Shown here: piece by piece, positions 33,160 through 37,563 of the stretch | Layout of the letters: each line of letters starts with the position of its first letter | Position numbering within the stretch: position 1 is the stretch's first letter | NCBI GenBank assembly: GCA_044230415.1 | Contig: JBGARE010000001.1 | Coordinates: forward strand, 561,195-598,757 | Length of the DNA stretch: 37,563 bases | From: Kofleriaceae bacterium | GTDB lineage: Bacteria; Myxococcota_A; Polyangia; Haliangiales; Haliangiaceae | Direction of reading: 5' to 3' | Translations under genes and position numbers: made by a program | The notes under the pieces: model-generated | Database searches by the model: none | Told to the model about the DNA's origin: nothing | The model's input: only the letters and a program-made list of their open reading frames with translations

Positions 33160-34671
33160 ATGGTCGCTGGTGTGCCCGATCTCGACTCGCAGCTAGGGCA
33201 GCTGCTGGGTGAGACGACGACGGAGATCGACGTCCCGCGGAAGAACCGAGTGTTCTGCAATCGGAACCTCCGCATGGACTCGATCGAGATGATCGGGTTC
33301 GACATGGACTACACGCTCGCGCTGTACCACCAGGACAAGCTCGAGCAGCTGTCGATCGAGCTAACGCTGCGAAAGCTGATCGAGAAGCACGGCTACCCCG
33401 AAGAGATCCGCACCCTGACCTACGACCCCAAGTGGGCGATCCGCGGCGTGATGGTGGATCGCAGGCTCGGCAACGTGTTCAAGCTCGATCGTCACAGTTA
33501 CGTGGGGCGCTGCTACCACGGCTTCCGCGAGCTCTCGCAGGACGAGCGCAAGGCGATCTATCGCCACGAGAAGGTCAACCTCTCCGACGATCGCTGGGAG
33601 TGGATCGACACGCTGTTCGGCCTCCCCGAGGCCGTGATGTTCACCACGATGGTGAACTGGGCCGAGAAGCGCACCGGCACCGTCGATTACGACAAACTGT
33701 TCGGTGATATCCGCACCGCGATCGATGAAGCGCATCGCGACGACACGCTCAAGTCCGTGATCAAAGCGGATCTCGCGAGCTACATCGTCAAGGATCCGCT
33801 GCTCGGCGAGACGCTGCACAAGTTCCGCAGCTCCGGCAAGAAGCTGTTCCTCCTGACCAACTCGCTCTACGACTATACGACCGTCGTGATGAGCTACCTG
33901 CTCGACGGCGAGCGCAAAGCGTATCCGTCGTGGCGCAACTACTTCGACATCGTCATCGTCGGTGGTGCGAAGCCCGCGTTCTTCAACGAGCTGCGCCCGT
34001 TCGTACAGGTCGATCAGCAGACGATGCAGCCGATGACGAACGGCGAGATCAAGCACTTGTCGCGCGACAAGGTCTATCAGGGCGGAAACGTCGTCGCGTT
34101 CGAGCAGATGACGGGCATCAAAGGCGAGCACGTCCTCTACATCGGCGATCACATCTACGGCGACATCCTGCGCCTGCGCAAACAGCACATGTGGCGGACG
34201 GCGATGGTGCTACAGGAGCTCGAGCGCGAGATCAGCGTCAGCGATCGGCTCGAGGCGCAGATCCAGGATCTCGAGCTACTCGATCGCCGCCACCGCAACC
34301 TCGAGAGCGAGATCGATTACCAGACGCTGCGGCTCAAGAAGATCCAGCGCCTGATCGACGACGAAGGCACGGTCGCGACGCTGCGATCGCGGCTCGAGGA
34401 GGAGCGCCGCGTCACCCGCGCGAGCGTGGACTCGTTGCGCGATCGCGCGGGCCTGATGGACGCCGAGGTCGACTCGCTCGAGGCGCGGATCGATCGCGCG
34501 TACAACTCGCACTGGGGTTCGTGCTTGCGCGAGGGCAACGAGAACTCGCGGTTCGGCGAGCAAGTGAACGACTACGCGGACCTGTACACGTCCCGCGTGT
34601 CGAACTTCGGCCCGTACTCGCCGCTGCGCTACTTCCGTGCGCCGCGCCGCCCGATGCCGCACGAAGTCTAA
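33160..34671 (+). CDS. Cytosolic 5'-nucleotidase, HAD-superfamily cN-II (IMP/GMP-specific) type
   Basis: [27 protein letters not shown] (HAD motif I DMDYT in cN-II context), plus downstream LLTNS and GDHIYGDI motifs. TACAAT at 33146-33151 lies 8 nt from the ATG. Confidence 0.85.
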   Translation: MVAGVPDLDSQLGQLLGETTTEIDVPRKNRVFCNRNLRMDSIEMIGFDMDYTLALYHQDKLEQLSIELTLRKLIEKHGYPEEIRTLTYDPKWAIRGVMVDRRLGNVFKLDRHSYVGRCYHGFRELSQDERKAIYRHEKVNLSDDRWEWIDTLFGLPEAVMFTTMVNWAEKRTGTVDYDKLFGDIRTAIDEAHRDDTLKSVIKADLASYIVKDPLLGETLHKFRSSGKKLFLLTNSLYDYTTVVMSYLLDGERKAYPSWRNYFDIVIVGGAKPAFFNELRPFVQVDQQTMQPMTNGEIKHLSRDKVYQGGNVVAFEQMTGIKGEHVLYIGDHIYGDILRLRKQHMWRTAMVLQELEREISVSDRLEAQIQDLELLDRRHRNLESEIDYQTLRLKKIQRLIDDEGTVATLRSRLEEERRVTRASVDSLRDRAGLMDAEVDSLEARIDRAYNSHWGSCLREGNENSRFGEQVNDYADLYTSRVSNFGPYSPLRYFRAPRRPMPHEV

Positions 34672-34674
34672 GGG

Positions 34675-34753
34675 CAATGCCGCTCACGTAGCGTGCACGT
34701 GCACGTGTCCCCGGTGTGCCACGTGCACGATCGACCTTAACTGAGCGGCATCG
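34675..34753. mobile_element. 79-bp MITE-like palindromic element with ~10-bp terminal inverted repeats (ATGCCGCTCA / TGAGCGGCAT), flanked by 10-bp direct repeats AGTCTAAGGG (34665-34674 and 34754-34763). It could instead be a complex bidirectional terminator.
   Basis: Read directly. The interior contains the 12-bp palindrome gtgcacgtgcac and further CACGTG-type self-complementary runs. Each direct repeat contains the stop codon of one of the convergent flanking genes. Confidence 0.35.
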
Positions 34754-34756
34754 AGT

Positions 34757-35662
34757 CTAAGGGTGCACCGAGTAGTAGAGGCGGCCGGTGCCGTCTCGAT
34801 CGGACCAGAAGACGAGTGTCTTGCCGTCGGGCGAGATCCACGGATCCTGATCGCTCTGCGGAGAGTTGATCTCGGTCATCGCGACCGGTGCATCGAACGG
34901 CACCGTCGCAGACACGCGCTTCGCACAATAGATGTCGTGCTGGACGCTGACGCGCTGCGAATCGAAGCAGATGGTGAGCTTGTTGGCGCTGAGGAACGCG
35001 CTGCCGTCGTGCATGGTCGTGTTGAGCTCGGTCTCGAGGACGGGGGTGCTCCACGGATCCGACGGTGTCGTGCGGGTGCTGATGTAGATGTCCGATGTAC
35101 CGGCGAGCGGGTTGCGGGTCATCGCGAGCATCAGACGATCGTCGGAGATCGAGGCGCACTGATCGTGATCCGTGGTGTTGAGCTCGTTCATCGTGACCGG
35201 CGTGGTCCAGCTCTGTGACCCGCCGTCCCACGTCGAGATGTACAGGTCGTTGTTTCCGACCGAGCGCGCGAACGTCATCACGAGTCCGTTGGACGACACT
35301 TCGGGGGTGGTCTCGGCACTCAGCGACGACAGCTCGGCGACCTTCGTCGCAGCTCCGAAGCTCGTGGCGATGCTCGCGCGTGTCGCGTGGAAGATGTCGC
35401 CGTTCAGATCGAACCAGATCTGCAGCAGGTCGCCGGTCAGCGTCGGATCGTCGACGTTGCTGATGCCGAGGTACTGCGGCGTGCTCCAACCGGCGGTCGT
35501 GATGTCCGGTGCCGGACCATCGGTCGGCGCGTCGTCGACGATCTCTCCGTCGGAGCCGCTTCCATCGCTACCCGTCGCGTCGATGCTCGATCCGGTATTG
35601 ATCGAGAAGCCGCAGGCACCGAGCGCGAGCACGACAAGCGACAGCGATCGACACCCGAGCAC
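34757..35662 (-). CDS. Lipoprotein with WD40-like beta-propeller (PD40/TolB-like) repeats
   Basis: Lipobox LALGAC. A D/G/S-rich linker. Repeated PD40-type segments (LYISTWDG..., DIYISTRTTPSDPWSTP, PWISPDGKTLVFWSDRDG). Confidence 0.72.
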   Translation of the reverse strand: MLGCRSLSLVVLALGACGFSINTGSSIDATGSDGSGSDGEIVDDAPTDGPAPDITTAGWSTPQYLGISNVDDPTLTGDLLQIWFDLNGDIFHATRASIATSFGAATKVAELSSLSAETTPEVSSNGLVMTFARSVGNNDLYISTWDGGSQSWTTPVTMNELNTTDHDQCASISDDRLMLAMTRNPLAGTSDIYISTRTTPSDPWSTPVLETELNTTMHDGSAFLSANKLTICFDSQRVSVQHDIYCAKRVSATVPFDAPVAMTEINSPQSDQDPWISPDGKTLVFWSDRDGTGRLYYSVHP

Positions 35663-35671
35663 GAATCCACT

Positions 35672-37279
35672 TTATCGCGAATCGCGCGGCAAGTTCGTCG
35701 GCGGAGTCACACCGAGCCATCCCGCGAGCACGGTGGCGATCCGGACCATCTGGATCGTGGTGTGTGACGCACCTGTCGCACGTGCGTGTGGCGTTCGCCC
35801 GAACGGCAGCATGATCACGGGGACCTCGCGGTCGTACAGGTTCCACGATCCGTGCGCGGTCGCGACCGGCTCGTCGGCGTCGGACAGGATCCAGCCAGGT
35901 CTCGGTAGGTAGAACAGATCACCGGCGCGCTCCGGATCGATCATCATGCAGATGCCGAAAGCGTCGCCGGTGCGCTGGTCGCAGTGGCCGGCGAACGACT
36001 CGACCCGATCGGCCATCGCGATCCCGGGCTGTGCACGCAGTGCCAGCAGGATCTTGTGCACGGCCTTCGCGCGCTCCTTGGGCGGCTTCGCGAACAGCGC
36101 GGGCGTGAGGAACACGAACGGATACTTCGCGCTCGCGACCCACGTGCCAGCGCCGATCTCCGTCGCCGCGGCGTCATTCGCGATCTGCTGCAGACTCTCG
36201 GGCGTCATGCGCCCACCGCGGATGCGCTCGGGCATCGGGCTCGCGCCGTGATCGCTCGTGACGATCATCGCCCACTCGTCCTTGCCGACCTTGGTGTCGA
36301 GTGCACCGAGGAGCTCGCCGATCGCCGTGTCGAGGCGCAGCCACATGTCCCAGCTCTCCCACGACTCGTGTCCCCACCCGTGACCCACGTAGTCGTGCGC
36401 GGACAGACTGAGGATCAAGAGATCTGGTTTGTCGTCGGCGCCGAGCTGCTCGCCGTCGATCGCCGCGAGCGCCGTGTCGAGCACGAGCTGATTGCCGAGC
36501 GGCACCGCGAAGACCGCGTCCGCGGGATCTTTGTTCGTCGCGAGCGAGTGCGGGAACGTCGGGCCGAACGCTTTCTCGCCGATCTCGCCGGGCTGCGCGT
36601 CGACGGTGCCCGAGAGCTGCGCGAGCTTCTTCGCATCGAGCGGTGTCCACACGTCGGAGAGGTGCGGCGCGATCGGATGTGCTTTGTTGTACGCGGTGAG
36701 CCAGTCGAGTGGTTGGTTCGAGACGAACGCGACCTGCTTTTTGTCGTACCAGATCGCGGTGCCTGCATGCCCGAGCGGCAGCAGCGCGGCGCGATCCTTG
36801 AGGCTCACCGCGACGGCCTTCGCGCCGCTGTTCGCGGCGGCGACCGCGTCACCGAGGCCCGGCACGCGCAGGCGCCTGGCCGACTTGCCATCGCCGTCCT
36901 CGATGCTCTGCACCATCTTGCTCGTCGCGCGATCGAACCACTCGTTCCCGACGATGCCGGAGTGATACGGCGGCTCGCCGGTGCCCAAGAGAGCGTGCCC
37001 CGGCGCGGTCAGCGTCGCCGGCGATGGGTGAAGCCCGGTATGCCAGTCACCCTCGCGCAGCAAGCGATCGACGCCCGCGGTCATCGCCGGCGCCTTCTGC
37101 GCGAATGCCCATGCGGGGAGCTGATCGATGATCAGCAGCACCACGAGCTTCTTCGTGCCGCTATACGGTGGCGTGACCGTCGTCGGATCGTGCGCGTGTG
37201 GAGTCGTGGGTGGAGGCGTCGTCGGCGCCCACGGACAGGCCGCGAGCGCGATCACCGAGAGCAGCGCGAGGCGATGCAC
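35672..37279 (-). CDS. Alkaline phosphatase / type I phosphodiesterase-nucleotide pyrophosphatase family lipoprotein
   Basis: Lipobox LAAC. LLIIDQLPAWAF (metal-ligand Asp region), HDYVGHGWGHES and IVTSDHG are characteristic of the AP superfamily. Confidence 0.82.
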   Translation of the reverse strand: MHRLALLSVIALAACPWAPTTPPPTTPHAHDPTTVTPPYSGTKKLVVLLIIDQLPAWAFAQKAPAMTAGVDRLLREGDWHTGLHPSPATLTAPGHALLGTGEPPYHSGIVGNEWFDRATSKMVQSIEDGDGKSARRLRVPGLGDAVAAANSGAKAVAVSLKDRAALLPLGHAGTAIWYDKKQVAFVSNQPLDWLTAYNKAHPIAPHLSDVWTPLDAKKLAQLSGTVDAQPGEIGEKAFGPTFPHSLATNKDPADAVFAVPLGNQLVLDTALAAIDGEQLGADDKPDLLILSLSAHDYVGHGWGHESWESWDMWLRLDTAIGELLGALDTKVGKDEWAMIVTSDHGASPMPERIRGGRMTPESLQQIANDAAATEIGAGTWVASAKYPFVFLTPALFAKPPKERAKAVHKILLALRAQPGIAMADRVESFAGHCDQRTGDAFGICMMIDPERAGDLFYLPRPGWILSDADEPVATAHGSWNLYDREVPVIMLPFGRTPHARATGASHTTIQMVRIATVLAGWLGVTPPTNLPRDSR

Positions 37280-37302
37280 CCACCGACACTAGCGCGGCTG
37301 GG

Positions 37303-37563
37303 TTACGCGAGCGTGGCGCGGAGGAACCAGTTGTTCTTCTCGAACTCGGTGACGACCGTGCCGAGCAGGTCGAACGTGATGGCGTCGCCTTGCTCCTCGA
37401 CGAGCGCGCGGGTCTGGCGGAGGCCGTCGAGGTAGGCATCGATGCGGTCGGCGAGCGCCTTCACGTGATCGAGGTCCGTGGACAGCTCGGCCGGGTACTC
37501 GGGCAACCGGGAGCTCTTCGCGACCTGGCGGGCCGTGCCGACCGCGTGGCCACCGAGGGTGAC
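37303..37563 (-). CDS. dps: Dps-family DNA-binding ferritin-like protein, C-terminal part (gene continues beyond the window edge)
   Basis: ...LGGHAVGTARQVAKSSRLPEYP...VKALADRIDAYLDGLRQ...DLLGTVVTEFEKNNWFLRATLA aligns with the Dps C-terminal helices (LADR..., DK.LWFL motif). The frame stays open to the window end. Confidence 0.65.
   Translation of the reverse strand, partial: VTLGGHAVGTARQVAKSSRLPEYPAELSTDLDHVKALADRIDAYLDGLRQTRALVEEQGDAITFDLLGTVVTEFEKNNWFLRATLA

Noticed and set aside
1-37563. tRNA, rRNA or other structured RNA genes
   Set aside because: Intergenic space is very limited and none of the gaps (7038-7326, 17198-17428, 18866-19068, 20575-20667, 23740-23821, 25038-25202, 34672-34756) show a T-loop GTTCRANYC motif or cloverleaf-compatible stems.
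1-37563. Sigma54 promoter (TGGCAC-N5-TTGCA) that the FHA-EBP might control
   Set aside because: Several GG...GC candidates were inspected (e.g. near 7250, 16570, 34710) but none had correct spacing plus both conserved elements. A PWM scan is needed before any call.

Overview
High-GC (~70%) bacterial chromosomal window, almost fully coding, with roughly 35 genes. The gene content points to Myxococcota: a MYXO-CTERM-type C-terminal sorting tail, an FHA plus sigma54 enhancer-binding protein next to a eukaryotic-like Ser/Thr kinase, several lipoproteins with L-A-A-C lipoboxes, and PD40/TolB-like, ExbB/ExbD and GAF-GGDEF genes. The features, in window order:

- (323-7037) a giant ORF with two tandem [multi-TM + coiled-coil + Ser/Thr kinase] modules; an FHA-sigma54 activator; a GDSL hydrolase; a MYXO-CTERM secreted protein.
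- (7292-8928) an AT-rich palindrome/-10 element; a fatty-acid-hydroxylase-family gene followed by a TetR regulator; a Zn-ribbon protein.
- (8933-12797) rdgB and rph (4-nt overlap); a SAM methyltransferase; an acidic hypothetical protein; a possible PilZ-like protein.
- (12802-16796) an ECF sigma / FecR anti-sigma pair; a single-HKD PLD/Nuc-family nuclease carrying a Lys/Ala-rich histone-H1-like repeat tail; an SDR oxidoreductase.
- (16814-20556) a small Cys-rich secreted protein; a membrane anti-sigma-like protein whose stop codon lies in a 40-bp tandem-repeat array; yggX followed by an ACC-deaminase/D-Cys-desulfhydrase-family gene.
- (20668-25037) a 1023-aa PHP-domain lipoprotein; ExbB/ExbD.
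- (25203-29211) a translationally coupled XPB-like SF2 helicase and DUF790 (Bax1-like) nuclease module, with two in-frame tandem-repeat arrays in the nuclease gene; a divergent hypothetical gene.
- (29288-33128) a (GS)n-linker lipoprotein; a membrane protein with Thr/Ala/Pro-rich repeats; hpt coupled to a GAF-GGDEF diguanylate cyclase.
- (33160-37563) a divergent cN-II-type 5'-nucleotidase; a 79-bp MITE-like palindromic element with 10-bp direct-repeat flanks between convergent genes; a PD40 lipoprotein; an alkaline-phosphatase-family lipoprotein; a partial dps.

No rRNA, tRNA or CRISPR array was detected. All calls are from reading the sequence and ORF track. No database search was run.
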